Part shown: positions 17,556 through 28,288 of the stretch, piece by piece
Numbering within the stretch: the stretch's first letter is position 1
Layout of the letters: each line of letters starts with the position of its first letter
From: Candidatus Multivoradales bacterium
GTDB taxonomy: Bacteria; Acidobacteriota; Thermoanaerobaculia; Multivoradales; JAHEKO01
NCBI GenBank assembly: GCA_965223855.1
Contig: CBDCXM010000009.1
Span: forward strand, 1,312,001-1,376,000
DNA: 64,000 nucleotides
Reading direction: 5' to 3'
The notes under the pieces: generated by a model
What the model was told of the DNA's origin: nothing
Database searches by the model: none
What the model saw: the letters and a program-made list of their open reading frames with translations, nothing else
Program-made: the position numbers and the translations under genes

Positions 17556-19781
17556 TCAGGGCTGCCAGTTGTAGCCGAGCTTGACGAAGAGCGTGTTGCC
17601 CGTCTCGACCAGGCCGGTGCCGGCGACGTCGACCTGCTCGCTGCTGTAGCCGACGAAGGCGGCGGTCTGGGGGTTGATCTTGTAGGAGAAGAGGAGCTGC
17701 CCGAAGATGTCTTCGACGAAGGGGTCGACCTCGTCGTCGTAGAGCGTGGGGTCGCGTTCGATCTCGGTTCGTTGGGTGATGAGACGAAGGAAGGTGCGCA
17801 GGTTGAACTGGTAGACGAGGCGCAGTTCCGACTGGTCGGCGGTGAAGAGGCGGCCGTCCTCGATGTCGAACTCGCGGCGGGTGTGGGAGAGGCGGGCGTT
17901 GAGGCGCCTGCCCGGACGCCAGTTGCCGAACAGTTCGAGACCGCTCTGTTCGCCGGCGCGGACCTGACTGAAGTCGATCGCGTCGCTGCCGGAGATCTCG
18001 AAGCCGACGCGGAGATCGCCGCGGGGTTCGATCGCCGAGAACAGCCACCAGAACTCCTGGTCGAAAGGGACCTCCTGGAAGACGCGGTCGCGCACGCCGC
18101 CGCCGAACCAGACCTCCAGATTGCGCTGACCGTTGAAGCCGGCGAAGAACTCGGTCTCTTCCTCGAGCAGGTTGCCCTCCTGGGTCTCGGTGCGGTCCCA
18201 GTCGCCGCCGACCTCGATCGAGGTGTACCACTTGTCGTTGTCGCCGAACCATTCGTAGCCGCCGCCGGTGATGACGCGCCGGAAGCCGACTCTCGGCATG
18301 AAGCCGAGGTCGGCGCGGAAGCCGTCGCCGATGTCCTCGTAGGCGGCGCGTGCGGTCCAGCTGCGGCGGCTGTGGCGGTAGCGGACGGTGAAGGCGTCGT
18401 CGGTCATCGTGCCGGTCGGCAGCCCTTCGGCGTCGACGACCGCGCCGGGGTACTCGGTGCTCGAGCGCAGCCACTGAACGTCGAGATTGTCGTGGCTCGA
18501 AAGTCTGAGACGGGCGTCGATGCCGCCGACCTGGTTGCTGTAGCCGGCCGCGCTGCGATCGGTCAGGACCGCGCCGACGGTGGAGGACTCGCCGACGTCG
18601 CGACGGTAGCGCACGACCGCGGCGTCCGACTCGGCATCGAGGGTCGTGAGGCTCGATGACTCGGCGCCGGGGAGCAGCAGGCTGGTCCGGTCGTCGCGGA
18701 CGGCGAAGACGCCGACAGCGTTCTTGCCCTCCTTGCCGGTCAGCTTCACTCCCCAGTCCGGGTCGGCGAGGGTGCGGGTGTAGACCGCGCGGAAGAGGGT
18801 CGAGAAGTAGTCGGATCCCTCGAGGAAGAACGGGCGGCGCTCGGGGAAGAAGAGCGCGAAGTCGCGGTTGATGTCGAGCTGCGCGACGTCCGCCTCGACC
18901 TGCGAGAAGTCGGGATTGACGGTGCCGGTGAAGGTCAGATTGGGAGTGATCCCCCAGTTGACGGTGAGCCCCGGGTCGTAGTCGGTGTCGCCACCTTCGA
19001 GCGGACCATCGGGGAAGTCGGGTCGCGACTCTGTCCGCACGGCGGTGACCGTCGGCGTGATCTCGAGGTTGCGTCCCGGATCGACACCGGCGAAGCCGTT
19101 GAGCTCCGCCTGCTGGCAGGTACGGCAGCGGTCGGAGCGGTCGTAGGGGACGAGGGCGATTCGCTGGTAGGTGTTGCGGGTCCGGTAGCGGCGGAAGTTG
19201 AAGCCCCAGGTCTGCCGGTCCGTCGAGCGCGGGAAGCGCAGCGACGAGAAGGGGATCGCGACCTCGACCTCGAAGCCCTGATCGGTCAGGCGTCCGGCCG
19301 AGTTCCAGACCACGTCCCAGCTCTCGTCCGAGCTCCCGGAGGCTTCCACGTATATGCGATCGCTCTGTACGCCGAGCGGATTGACGTCGAGCACGAAGGT
19401 GACGTTCGAATCGTTGAAGGTGTCGATCGAGATGCCGACGGAGTCGTCGGATCCGTAGCCGTCCCGGTCGGTGTAGCGGGCGCGGATCTTCTCCGGCTCG
19501 GGATCGAAAGCGCGGCAGCCGTAGAAGAGGTGGGTCTGGGTGTGCAGCATCCGGCACTCGGTCTCGACGGCCGGCTTCACGTTCTCACCGGGCTGCGTCT
19601 CGTAGGCGAGATCGAGCACGAGGGCGTCGTTCCAGGCGTCGTCGTCGAAGACGCCGTCGATCACCGGCGCCTCGGAGGACACCGGCAGCTCGAAGGCGGT
19701 CTTCGCCTCCACCGCCGTGGTGGCCGCGCACAGGACGAGGGTCACCCAGACCCAGCTTTGATGCTGTCTCTTCAATCCCAC
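17556..19781 (-). CDS. CBM9-like + DUF5916 domain outer-membrane/exported protein
   Basis: Signal peptide; APVIDGVFDDDAW; EVAIPFSSLRF; TVNPDFSQVEADVAQ; FFPERRPFFLEG; C-terminal beta-strand FVKLGYNW. Confidence 0.82.
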   Translation of the reverse strand: MGLKRQHQSWVWVTLVLCAATTAVEAKTAFELPVSSEAPVIDGVFDDDAWNDALVLDLAYETQPGENVKPAVETECRMLHTQTHLFYGCRAFDPEPEKIRARYTDRDGYGSDDSVGISIDTFNDSNVTFVLDVNPLGVQSDRIYVEASGSSDESWDVVWNSAGRLTDQGFEVEVAIPFSSLRFPRSTDRQTWGFNFRRYRTRNTYQRIALVPYDRSDRCRTCQQAELNGFAGVDPGRNLEITPTVTAVRTESRPDFPDGPLEGGDTDYDPGLTVNWGITPNLTFTGTVNPDFSQVEADVAQLDINRDFALFFPERRPFFLEGSDYFSTLFRAVYTRTLADPDWGVKLTGKEGKNAVGVFAVRDDRTSLLLPGAESSSLTTLDAESDAAVVRYRRDVGESSTVGAVLTDRSAAGYSNQVGGIDARLRLSSHDNLDVQWLRSSTEYPGAVVDAEGLPTGTMTDDAFTVRYRHSRRSWTARAAYEDIGDGFRADLGFMPRVGFRRVITGGGYEWFGDNDKWYTSIEVGGDWDRTETQEGNLLEEETEFFAGFNGQRNLEVWFGGGVRDRVFQEVPFDQEFWWLFSAIEPRGDLRVGFEISGSDAIDFSQVRAGEQSGLELFGNWRPGRRLNARLSHTRREFDIEDGRLFTADQSELRLVYQFNLRTFLRLITQRTEIERDPTLYDDEVDPFVEDIFGQLLFSYKINPQTAAFVGYSSEQVDVAGTGLVETGNTLFVKLGYNWQP

Positions 19782-19901
19782 ATCTCACGGCACGAAAAAC
19801 GCGTACTGTGAGCCTCCTGTGGAAGTGTACGGCAATAAATGGTTCGGGGTTTGTCGAGTCTCGACAGTCTCGCGTGGCGATCGCTTGCCTCAGCCTCTTC
19901 C

Positions 19902-22133
19902 ATGGGCGAGACTCCCGCGGTGACCGAGACCGGACTCGACTTCGAAGCGGCGCTCAACCCGGAGCAGTACGAAGCGGTCACCCACGGTGAAGGGGCGCAG
20001 CTCGTGCTGGCGGGCGCCGGCTCCGGCAAGACGCGGGTGATCACGCACCGGGTCGCCTGGCTGGTGCGCGAGGTCGGGATCGATCCCGAGGCGATCGTCG
20101 CCGTCACCTTCACCAACAAGGCTGCCGGTGAGATGCGCGAGCGGGTGGAGAAGCTTCTCGGCATGCATCCGTTGCCGACCTTCGTCGGTACCTTCCACCG
20201 CTTCTCGCTCGTGCTGCTGCGCCGCTGGGGGACCCGTGTGGGGGTGCCCCAGGGCTTCACGATCTTCGACACCGACGACCAGCTGGGGCTGATCAAGAGG
20301 GCGCTCGCCGACGAGCACCTGGCCGAGAGCTCCTTCCGTCCGCGCGCCGTGCTGTCGACCATCTCCGCGGCCAAGAACCAGCTCCTGGGCCCGGCGGAGT
20401 ACGAGCGGGAGGCCTCGAACTTCTTCGAGCGCAAGGTGGCGCTCATCTACGGCCTGTACCAGCAGGCGCTGGTCAAGTCCTCCGCGGTCGACTTCGACGA
20501 CATGCTGCGACTGTCGGTGAAGCTGCTCGACTCGAATCCGGACCTGCTCGAGAGGATGCGTGACCGGGTGCACTACCTTCTGGTCGACGAGTTCCAGGAC
20601 ACCAACCGCGCCCAGATGCGGCTGGTTCATCAGGTGATCGGCGATTCCGGCAACCTGACGGCGGTCGGCGACGAGGACCAGGGGATCTACCGCTGGCGTG
20701 GCGCCGATCTCGACAATGTGCTCGAGTTCGAGAAGTACTTTCCGGGAGCGACGATCCGCAAGCTGGAGCGCAACTATCGCTCGACTCAGAACATCCTCGA
20801 GGTCTCGGGCGCCCTCGTCGCTCACAACGAGAAGCGGCGCCCGAAGCAGCTGTGGACCGACAGCGGCGACGGAGCGCCGATCGAGCTCTACAAGGCGCGC
20901 GACGACCAGGACGAGGCGCGCTGGGTGGTCAACGTTCTCGACGGGCAACGTGACGAGTACCCGCTCTCCGAGATGGCGATCCTGGTGCGCACCAACGCTC
21001 AGACGCGCGCTTTCGAGGAGGCGCTGCTGCGGCGCGAGATCCCTTACGTTCTCGTTGGCGGAACGCGCTTCTACGAGCGCGCGGAGATCAAGGATCTGAT
21101 CGCGTACCTGCGGGCGGTGCGGAATCCGCAGGACAACTACTCGCTGCTGCGGATCCTCAACCGCCCGACCCGCGGCATCGGCAAGGGGACTCAGCAGCTG
21201 CTCGAGACCGAGGCTGCCGAGTACGGAGGTTCGATCTGGGAAGCTCTGAGCACCAGCACGTTCGCCACCTACCCGGCGCGCGGCGCGCGTGCCCTCGAGC
21301 GCTTCCGCGACCTGATCCGCGGGCTCCACGAAGCGTCGCAGGAGCTGCCGCTGCCGGCGCTGCTCGATCGACTGCTGGAGGACTCCGGCTACGCGAAGCA
21401 GTACGAGAAGGACGATCCCGAGTCGCAGTCGCGCCTCGAGAACATCCAGGAGTTCCTGACGGCGGCGCAGGAGTACACCGAGGAGTCGGTCGCTCAGGGG
21501 GAGGAAGACGAGCTGACCGCCTTCCTGGACCACATCGCCCTGGTGGCCGACATCGACACCTGGGAATCGCAGCGCGGGGTGTCGCTGATGACCCTCCATG
21601 CCGCCAAGGGGCTCGAGTTCGCTCTCGTGGTCGTCGGCGGTCTCGAGGACGGCGTGCTGCCGCACTTCAACGCCGGCGGCAGCCAGGACGATCTCGAGGA
21701 GGAGCGGCGGCTGCTCTACGTCGGCATGACCCGGGCCAAGGAGCGGCTCTACCTCACCACCTGCCGCCGGCGTCGCGTCGCCGGCCGCTACCAGGACCAG
21801 CTCGAGTCGGCGTTCCTCACCGAGCTGCCGACCGAAGGGCTCGAGATCTCGCAGAGCCCGGAGCTCTTCGCCGACCGACGCACCGCCGGGGTCTACCGCT
21901 TCTTCGACAAGCAGGCGCCGGTTCCCGATCTCGTCCCGGAGCCCGTGGCCTCCGGCGGCGGGGGCGGAGGAGGGACGGTGCAGCGCGGCACCCGCGTACG
22001 CCATCCGACACTGGGCGAGGGGGTCGTGCTCGAGATCGAGGGGAGCGCCGCGACCGGCAAGGTCACCGTCTACTTCGATCTGGTGGGGAAGCGGCGGCTG
22101 GCGGCGAAGTTCGCCAACCTGGAAGTTTTGTAG
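19902..22133 (+). CDS. pcrA: ATP-dependent DNA helicase PcrA/UvrD
   Basis: VLAGAGSGKT, VTFTNKAA, LVDEFQDTN, NYRST, TLHAAKGLEF and EERRLLYVGMTRA motifs; C-terminal Tudor-like RVRHPTLGEG. Confidence 0.95.
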   Translation: MGETPAVTETGLDFEAALNPEQYEAVTHGEGAQLVLAGAGSGKTRVITHRVAWLVREVGIDPEAIVAVTFTNKAAGEMRERVEKLLGMHPLPTFVGTFHRFSLVLLRRWGTRVGVPQGFTIFDTDDQLGLIKRALADEHLAESSFRPRAVLSTISAAKNQLLGPAEYEREASNFFERKVALIYGLYQQALVKSSAVDFDDMLRLSVKLLDSNPDLLERMRDRVHYLLVDEFQDTNRAQMRLVHQVIGDSGNLTAVGDEDQGIYRWRGADLDNVLEFEKYFPGATIRKLERNYRSTQNILEVSGALVAHNEKRRPKQLWTDSGDGAPIELYKARDDQDEARWVVNVLDGQRDEYPLSEMAILVRTNAQTRAFEEALLRREIPYVLVGGTRFYERAEIKDLIAYLRAVRNPQDNYSLLRILNRPTRGIGKGTQQLLETEAAEYGGSIWEALSTSTFATYPARGARALERFRDLIRGLHEASQELPLPALLDRLLEDSGYAKQYEKDDPESQSRLENIQEFLTAAQEYTEESVAQGEEDELTAFLDHIALVADIDTWESQRGVSLMTLHAAKGLEFALVVVGGLEDGVLPHFNAGGSQDDLEEERRLLYVGMTRAKERLYLTTCRRRRVAGRYQDQLESAFLTELPTEGLEISQSPELFADRRTAGVYRFFDKQAPVPDLVPEPVASGGGGGGGTVQRGTRVRHPTLGEGVVLEIEGSAATGKVTVYFDLVGKRRLAAKFANLEVL

Positions 22134-22149
22134 CTCGAAACGACCGGGA

Positions 22150-24225
22150 CTACTGCACGTAGCCGAGGCTTCGGAGCATCTCGAGTTCGTCGTCGCTGAG
22201 TTCGCGCTCCGGGCCGGCCAGGGTGCCGCCGAGAGACTCGATGGCGGCGCGCTCGCTCGAGGGAATCACCCGGGCGAGCTGGGTCTGGAGCGCCTGGAGG
22301 ATTGCCTGGTGGTCGGAGTCGGTCGACAGATCGATGGATTCGGTCGGGTCGCTCGTGAGGTCGTAGAGCTCGTAGCGCACGCCGCCGCTGGCCGGAGTCA
22401 TGATGAGCTTGAAGCGGCCGTCCCGCAGTCCCCGAAGCTTGCCGGGGATTCCCCCGAACTCGCGTCGGTTGTTCTCGGCGAACATCTTGACGTCGGACTC
22501 CAGATAGGCGGGGCGGGGCAGGGTATCCGCCTCTTCCCAGAATGCGGCGAGAGCGCTGCCGTCGGAGGCTGTCAGGCGAGGCGCCGAAGCGAGATCGAGC
22601 AGCGTCGGTGCCAGATCGATCGAGCGCACCTGAGCTTCGACCTCCACCCCTTCGGGAAGCTGCCCGGACCAGCGCAGGATCAACGGAATCCGCACGGAGT
22701 CCTCGTAGAGAAACTCGCCGTGGTGGAAGTAGTAGTCGTGTTCGCCGAGGGCGTGACCGTGGTCGGCCGTGAAAGCGACGATGGTGTCGTCGTCGAGCCC
22801 CAGCGCCGACAGCCCTCCGAGCAGACGCCCGATGTGGAACATCGTGTGATGCATCTCACCGCGGTAGAGCCGGCGTGCGACCTCGTTTTCGGCCTCCGGC
22901 AGGGGGTTCTGGAAGATCATCTGCCCGCGGGTGATCTCCGTCTGGCCGATGTGATTGACCACGACACGCCCGTCCTCGGGAGCCCCGTAGCGGCGGGCGA
23001 GTGCCGGGGGTGGCAGATAGGGCCAGTGAGGCTCGAAGTAGTGCGCGTAGACGAACGAGCGACGACCGCGGTGAGCCTCGAGGTACTGGAGCACGTCGTC
23101 GGTCAGTCGCGCCGAGGAGGTTTGGGCACTGAAGCGGGGAACCTTCTTCGCGCTGAGCTGATCACCGAGCAGCCACCAGCTCGTGTAGCGCAGCGGGCCG
23201 TAGGGTCGGTGGGCCTCGAAGTAGCCGGTGAAGCGCTCGAAGCCCTGCTCGAATCCGCGCCCTCGAGCGATCCAGCCGTTGTTGACGAAGGCGGCCGTGT
23301 CGAAGCCAGCCTCGCGGAACAGCTCGGCAGCGGTGCTCTCCTCGTCCGGCAGGCGATCGTAGAGACTGCGCACCCGATGGCGAGTCGGGTAGCGCCCGGT
23401 GAAGAAGGAAGCCACGGAGGCCGGAGTCTTCGGCACGACGGTGATCGCGTCGCGAAACAGGACGCCCTCGGAAGCGAGTTTGCGGATCGCCGGAGTCTCG
23501 ACGATCTCGCCATACGGGGCGACGTGGTCCTGGCGGGCTGTGTCAACGAGGATCCACAGAACGCTGGGCCCCTCCGTTCGTGAAGATCCTCGTGCCAGCA
23601 CGGCACACACGGCGGCCACAGAGAGCAGGCTCACGAACAGGAGTCGCGGGCGGCGAGATCCGAGCTCCACCAGCGCGTAGGCGACGAGAGCCACCCCGGC
23701 GAGGAAGAGCGTCTGTTCGAGGGCCGGGTAGGCCTGGTTCGGCACCCGGCCGGCGAGCGATCCGGCCGCAGCGGCGAGGACGCCCACGTCGCGCAGCAGG
23801 GCTGCGAGGCTCACGGCTGCGCCCCGGTCGCTCAGGATCGTGCCGGCTACGGCGAAGACGGTGCCGCAGGCGAGCAGCCACCACGTCGTCGGGCCGAGTC
23901 GATCGGCAAGCTGAACGCGACCGACGGCGATCGCCGCGATCCAGACGACGAAGGTGGCGAGAAAGCTCCACCGTTCCGGGAGGAGGCGCCTGAGAATGCT
24001 CCCGACGGCCAGCCAGACCACCAACCCGACAGCGACGAGGGCGACGCTCCAGAAGAGAGCGCCGAAGAGACGATCGAGGTCCCTCATCAGCACGTCGTAC
24101 ACGGCGATCGCGAGGCCCTCGGCGAGCGAGGCGAGCAGTGCGCAGCGCCAAAGCGGATCCGAAGACAGTGCCTCGAAGCCCCCTCGGACGGCCTTCCCTG
24201 CCGGACTCGACGCGGTGACGGACAT
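22150..24225 (-). CDS. Membrane-anchored sulfatase-like (alkaline phosphatase superfamily) protein with Thr at the nucleophile position
   Basis: About 7 N-terminal TM helices; ILVDTARQDH, KTPASVASFFTGRYP, HYFEPHWPY, TADHG and C-terminal LRSLGYVQ. Confidence 0.82.
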   Translation of the reverse strand: MSVTASSPAGKAVRGGFEALSSDPLWRCALLASLAEGLAIAVYDVLMRDLDRLFGALFWSVALVAVGLVVWLAVGSILRRLLPERWSFLATFVVWIAAIAVGRVQLADRLGPTTWWLLACGTVFAVAGTILSDRGAAVSLAALLRDVGVLAAAAGSLAGRVPNQAYPALEQTLFLAGVALVAYALVELGSRRPRLLFVSLLSVAAVCAVLARGSSRTEGPSVLWILVDTARQDHVAPYGEIVETPAIRKLASEGVLFRDAITVVPKTPASVASFFTGRYPTRHRVRSLYDRLPDEESTAAELFREAGFDTAAFVNNGWIARGRGFEQGFERFTGYFEAHRPYGPLRYTSWWLLGDQLSAKKVPRFSAQTSSARLTDDVLQYLEAHRGRRSFVYAHYFEPHWPYLPPPALARRYGAPEDGRVVVNHIGQTEITRGQMIFQNPLPEAENEVARRLYRGEMHHTMFHIGRLLGGLSALGLDDDTIVAFTADHGHALGEHDYYFHHGEFLYEDSVRIPLILRWSGQLPEGVEVEAQVRSIDLAPTLLDLASAPRLTASDGSALAAFWEEADTLPRPAYLESDVKMFAENNRREFGGIPGKLRGLRDGRFKLIMTPASGGVRYELYDLTSDPTESIDLSTDSDHQAILQALQTQLARVIPSSERAAIESLGGTLAGPERELSDDELEMLRSLGYVQ

Positions 24226-24411
24226 GCCGCGATCATAGCGGGCACACCAGGGTCGACGCACCGCTCAGTGGGTATACTCCCGCGCTGTTGGCTCATCGTT
24301 CTGATTCCACCCGCTCCTCGTGTGCGACCTCCCGCCGGGGGACTCCACACGATGTCGAGCCCGGTTCGCCCGGGGCCTCGTGCCTCGCCCGGCTGTCGGG
24401 GCGTCGGATCG

Positions 24412-26076
24412 ATGACGGAAGCTGAAGTCAGGCCGGCCGGAGAGGAGCGCTACACACTGGCGCTCGACAAGTTCCTCGTCCTGGTGTTCCTCGGCGGGCT
24501 GCTGACCCTGGGCATCGTCAACAGGGTGCCGTTCTTCGAGCCGTTCGGGCGTGGGCGACTGACGTACATGACCGTGTGGGCGATGCCCGTGCTCCTCGGC
24601 ATCCTGCTGGTGCGGCGGACGCCGTCTCGCCAGTGGCGCGAGTTCGTCTGGGATTGGTGGCCGATGGTCGGCGTGCTGGCGGTCTACGAGAGCCTCAAGC
24701 ACATGCACGCCAATCGCCTGACGGAGTGGCTCGGCATCACTCCGAAGGACGAGTTGATGCTGCGGATCGACGAGTGGCTGTTCTTCGGCAAGACATTGCC
24801 GCTCTACATGGACACCTGGACGGCGCCGTGGTTCATCCGCCTGATGACCTTCTGCTACATCTGGGTCTACTACCTCGGCCCCGTGGTTCTGCTGGGGTAC
24901 GCCTACGTCTCACGAGAGAGCGACGGCATGTTCCGCCGGCTTCGGCTCGGGCTCATCCTCGGCCTCCTCGGCGGGTATGTCATCTACCTGCTGGTGCCGG
25001 TCGCCGGGCCGATGTTCCTGGTGGGAGATCAGTTCACCCAGCCGATCCCGACGCAGCCGAAGCTCGCCAACCTCGTCTTCGACACGTTGCGCTTCAACTG
25101 GGACTGCTTCCCGAGCCTTCACACGGCGATTCCGTGGATCCTCACCTGCCTCGCCTGGCGGCGGATCTCCGGCTGGGGGCGGGCGCTGTGTGTGGTGCTC
25201 TCGTGCGGCGTCACGCTGTCGACGGTGGCGCTGCGTTTCCACTACGGCATCGATCTCATCGCGGCCTTCGTCTGGACCTGGCTGGTCTATCTCGCCGTAG
25301 AGGCGCTCGAGAAGCGTGACTACGGCAACGTGGCGATCCCGACGCTGCCGGGCGAGCCACTGCGCCATGGGATCAGTCAGTGGCCTGCCATCGTCGGCGC
25401 CTGGTCGGTCTACGGTGCCGCGCTGCTGCTGATCGGATTGACGGTGCTCCTGGCGACGCCGGTCTCGACCGGGCAGCGCCTCGCCGTGATGACCTTCCTG
25501 CTCCTCTTTCTGGTGATGGAGGCGGGGATTCTCGTGCTCCTCAACGGCGTCGTGGAGGCGCTGACACGAGCGGCGAAGCGACCTCGCCTCGTCGACGGCA
25601 CGAAGGCGGTGATGCTCGCCGGCATGGCCACGCTGCTGGTGGCGTCGCTTCTCAAGTACGGCTTCTCGGGCGGACAGCTTCGATTGGCCGATCTTCCGCT
25701 CTTGTCCGGAGTCCTGCCGGTGGGACTGCGGCTGATGCTCGGGGTCTTCTTTCTGGTAGCGGCGGCGACGATCTTCCGGTTTTTCGGGCGGTCGCGCGGC
25801 AAACGCTCCTCGCTCGAGGTGCGCACACTGGCTCTGCCCCTGCTGCTCGCCGGGATGGGGGCGGCGTTCGCCTACAGCGCATCCCCGGCGGTGCGCAGCT
25901 TTGTCGTGCACGTCGTACCGGAGTTTCACTGGCTCCACGGAGCTCCGCGGCGCGCCCTTCCACCGGCAGCGGTGCCGTCCAAACCCGCGGGTGCGCCGGG
26001 CATCGACCCCGAGGGCGAAACCGGAGGCGGGGACGGGGGAGGGGAGCAGGGCCAGGAATCAGGCAGCGGCTCCTGA
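24412..26076 (+). CDS. PAP2 superfamily membrane enzyme (inositol-phosphorylceramide-synthase/AUR1-like) with extra C-terminal TM region
   Basis: YLLVPVAGP, CFPSLHTA and STVALRFHYGIDL motifs; multiple TM helices. Start codon uncertain. Confidence 0.78.
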   Translation: MTEAEVRPAGEERYTLALDKFLVLVFLGGLLTLGIVNRVPFFEPFGRGRLTYMTVWAMPVLLGILLVRRTPSRQWREFVWDWWPMVGVLAVYESLKHMHANRLTEWLGITPKDELMLRIDEWLFFGKTLPLYMDTWTAPWFIRLMTFCYIWVYYLGPVVLLGYAYVSRESDGMFRRLRLGLILGLLGGYVIYLLVPVAGPMFLVGDQFTQPIPTQPKLANLVFDTLRFNWDCFPSLHTAIPWILTCLAWRRISGWGRALCVVLSCGVTLSTVALRFHYGIDLIAAFVWTWLVYLAVEALEKRDYGNVAIPTLPGEPLRHGISQWPAIVGAWSVYGAALLLIGLTVLLATPVSTGQRLAVMTFLLLFLVMEAGILVLLNGVVEALTRAAKRPRLVDGTKAVMLAGMATLLVASLLKYGFSGGQLRLADLPLLSGVLPVGLRLMLGVFFLVAAATIFRFFGRSRGKRSSLEVRTLALPLLLAGMGAAFAYSASPAVRSFVVHVVPEFHWLHGAPRRALPPAAVPSKPAGAPGIDPEGETGGGDGGGEQGQESGSGS

Positions 26077-26173
26077 GCGCGGGGCTCGCAGCCCGCAGGT
26101 CTGACCGAGCAGGCTCGACCGTGCCCTCGATCCAGCCGACCCCGGGCCTCGAGAACCGAAGCCTGCGGAGCCG

Positions 26174-26764
26174 TCAACCGCCGAGGTGGTCGGCGCGCAG
26201 GACGGCGTACAGGTAGTTGTCGACTCGCTCGCCGCGCAGCTCGAAGTAGGCGCGCAGCGTTCCCTCGCGCTCGAACCCGGTCCGCTCGAGCACCCGCGCC
26301 GAGGCGGTGTTCTCGACCGAGCAGCGCGCTTCGATACGCTGCAGGCGGGTGTTGGTGAAGAGCTCGTCGAGGAGCTGCTTGATCGCCCGCGGTGCGATGC
26401 CGCGCCGCTGGAACGGCGTCGAAAGCGCGTAGCCGAGCTCGGCGAGGCCGTGCTCCCAGTTGGTGGCGACCAGTGTCATCCAGCCGGCCGGTTGCCCGCC
26501 GACTTCGATGATCCACTGGAACTTGTCGCCCTTGCCCTGCCTGAGGTGCCGATGATCCTGAATGTCGAGCTCGGCTGCGAGCCGTTCCACCGTCGCCGGC
26601 CCGAGCGGTTGATGCCGCGCCACGCTCGGTTCGTTGCGCCACAGGTGCAACAGCGGCGCATCGGTACGCCGGGCCGCGCGCAGGCGCACCGGTCTCGCCT
26701 CCGGACCGGGTCCCGGAGCGCTGGCCGAAAGGGCGTCGGTGGCTGCTTGTTCGCGGGGCTGCAC
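26174..26764 (-). CDS. GNAT N-acetyltransferase, RimJ/RimL type
   Basis: AELGYALSTPFQRRGIA and ENTASARVLERTGFEREGTLR motifs. Confidence 0.88.
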   Translation of the reverse strand: MQPREQAATDALSASAPGPGPEARPVRLRAARRTDAPLLHLWRNEPSVARHQPLGPATVERLAAELDIQDHRHLRQGKGDKFQWIIEVGGQPAGWMTLVATNWEHGLAELGYALSTPFQRRGIAPRAIKQLLDELFTNTRLQRIEARCSVENTASARVLERTGFEREGTLRAYFELRGERVDNYLYAVLRADHLGG

Positions 26765-26773
26765 GCCCCGATC

Positions 26774-28288
26774 CTACCGCCGGCTGCCCGTCGCGGCTGC
26801 GAGATCCCGACGTTGCCCTCCCGGCCGGAGGCGGCCGAGCCCACCGGTCAGCGTCGAGAGGAACATGAACCAGTAGCCGTGGAAGAAGAGAGCGAGGAAC
26901 GGCAGGGACCACCACATTTCGAGCATCCAGGCGAGCGCGATGCTGAGGGTGAAATAGAGAGCAAACAGCCCTTCCGTGATCAGGGAGACGTGGCTTCGAG
27001 CCCTGTAGGCCTTGCCACGCCAGCCGTCGCCGCGACCCTCGATGCGGTACTTCGGCGTGCGCTCGAACACACCGCCGTCCTCGTAGAGACCTTCGACGAC
27101 CGCGCGGGTGTTGTTGATCGCCAGTCCGACGCCGAGCCCCAGCACGGACGGCAGGTCTCGAAACACACCGTCCGAACTGCCGCTCTCGATCCATTGGCTG
27201 ACCACGTAGTAGGCGATCACCGCGATCGTGGCTCCGAAGAAGAGCGGCAGATCGACCACGAGCAGCGTCGCCAGGTCGATGTCGCGGCGCAGGAGCATCG
27301 ACGGGAACACCAGCAGCGACAGCAGCACCATCAACGGATACGCGGCGTTGTTGGTGAGGTGGACGAACGCTTCGAGGCGTGTCGTCCAGGGGAGTGGAGC
27401 GGAAAGCACCCGCCGCAGCAGCTTGCGGGCGGTCTGCATCGCCCCCTTCGACCACCGGAACTGCTGGCGCTTGAACGCAACCACGTCGACCGGCAGCTCG
27501 GCGGGTGCCGTGACGTCCGGCAGGAAGAGAAAGCGCCATCCCGCGAGCTGGGCGCGGTAGGACAGGTCGAGGTCCTCGGTGAGGGTGTCGTGTTCCCAGC
27601 CACCGGCGTCCTCGATCGCCTGGCGACGCCAGATGCCGGCCGTGCCGTTGAAGTTGAAGAAGTTGCCGGCCCGGTGCCGCGCCACGTGCTCGATCAGGAA
27701 GTGGGCGTCGAGGAAGACCGCCTGGGCGCGGGTGAGGCGGCTGTAGTCGCGGTTGAGATGCTCCCAGCGCGCCTGGACGACGCCGAGTTCCGGGTCGGTG
27801 AAGTGCGGCACGGTGAGCCGGAGAAAGTCGGGTCGCGGCACGAAGTCGGCGTCGAAAACGGCCAGGAGCTCACCCGTCGCCTCCCGGCAACCGGCGGCCA
27901 GCGCCCCGGCCTTGTAGCCGGTGCGATCCGCGCGGTGGAGGTGGCGGATGGCGAAGCCGCGTTCGCGGTAGAGGGCGACGCGCGCGGCGACCAGCTGCCG
28001 GGTCTCGTCGGTCGAGTCGTCGAGCACCTGAATCTCGAGACGATCTCTGGGGTAGTCGAGCTCGCAGACCGCGTCGATCAGCCGAGTGGCGACGTAGCGT
28101 TCGTTGAAGATCGGCAACTGCACCGTGATCAGCGGCCAGGGGTCCGGCTCGTCGGGGGTCGCCGGCAGCTGCTTGCGCGTACGGAAGTAGATCGCCAGCA
28201 GTGCCAGCCGATGCAAGCCGTAGAAGGCGAGGATGCCCAGAACCAGGTAGTAGAGTCCCAGCGTCACGCTGCCGATCGGAACGCTCAT
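26774..28288 (-). CDS. Glycosyltransferase family 2, cellulose-synthase-like processive type
   Basis: [33 protein letters not shown] and QQFRW (QxxRW) motifs; flanking TM helices. Confidence 0.9.
   Translation of the reverse strand: MSVPIGSVTLGLYYLVLGILAFYGLHRLALLAIYFRTRKQLPATPDEPDPWPLITVQLPIFNERYVATRLIDAVCELDYPRDRLEIQVLDDSTDETRQLVAARVALYRERGFAIRHLHRADRTGYKAGALAAGCREATGELLAVFDADFVPRPDFLRLTVPHFTDPELGVVQARWEHLNRDYSRLTRAQAVFLDAHFLIEHVARHRAGNFFNFNGTAGIWRRQAIEDAGGWEHDTLTEDLDLSYRAQLAGWRFLFLPDVTAPAELPVDVVAFKRQQFRWSKGAMQTARKLLRRVLSAPLPWTTRLEAFVHLTNNAAYPLMVLLSLLVFPSMLLRRDIDLATLLVVDLPLFFGATIAVIAYYVVSQWIESGSSDGVFRDLPSVLGLGVGLAINNTRAVVEGLYEDGGVFERTPKYRIEGRGDGWRGKAYRARSHVSLITEGLFALYFTLSIALAWMLEMWWSLPFLALFFHGYWFMFLSTLTGGLGRLRPGGQRRDLAAATGSRR

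Noticed and set aside
17113-17574. Short ORFs inside the 17-kb intergenic palindrome
   Set aside because: No motifs or RBS; better explained by the repeat structure.
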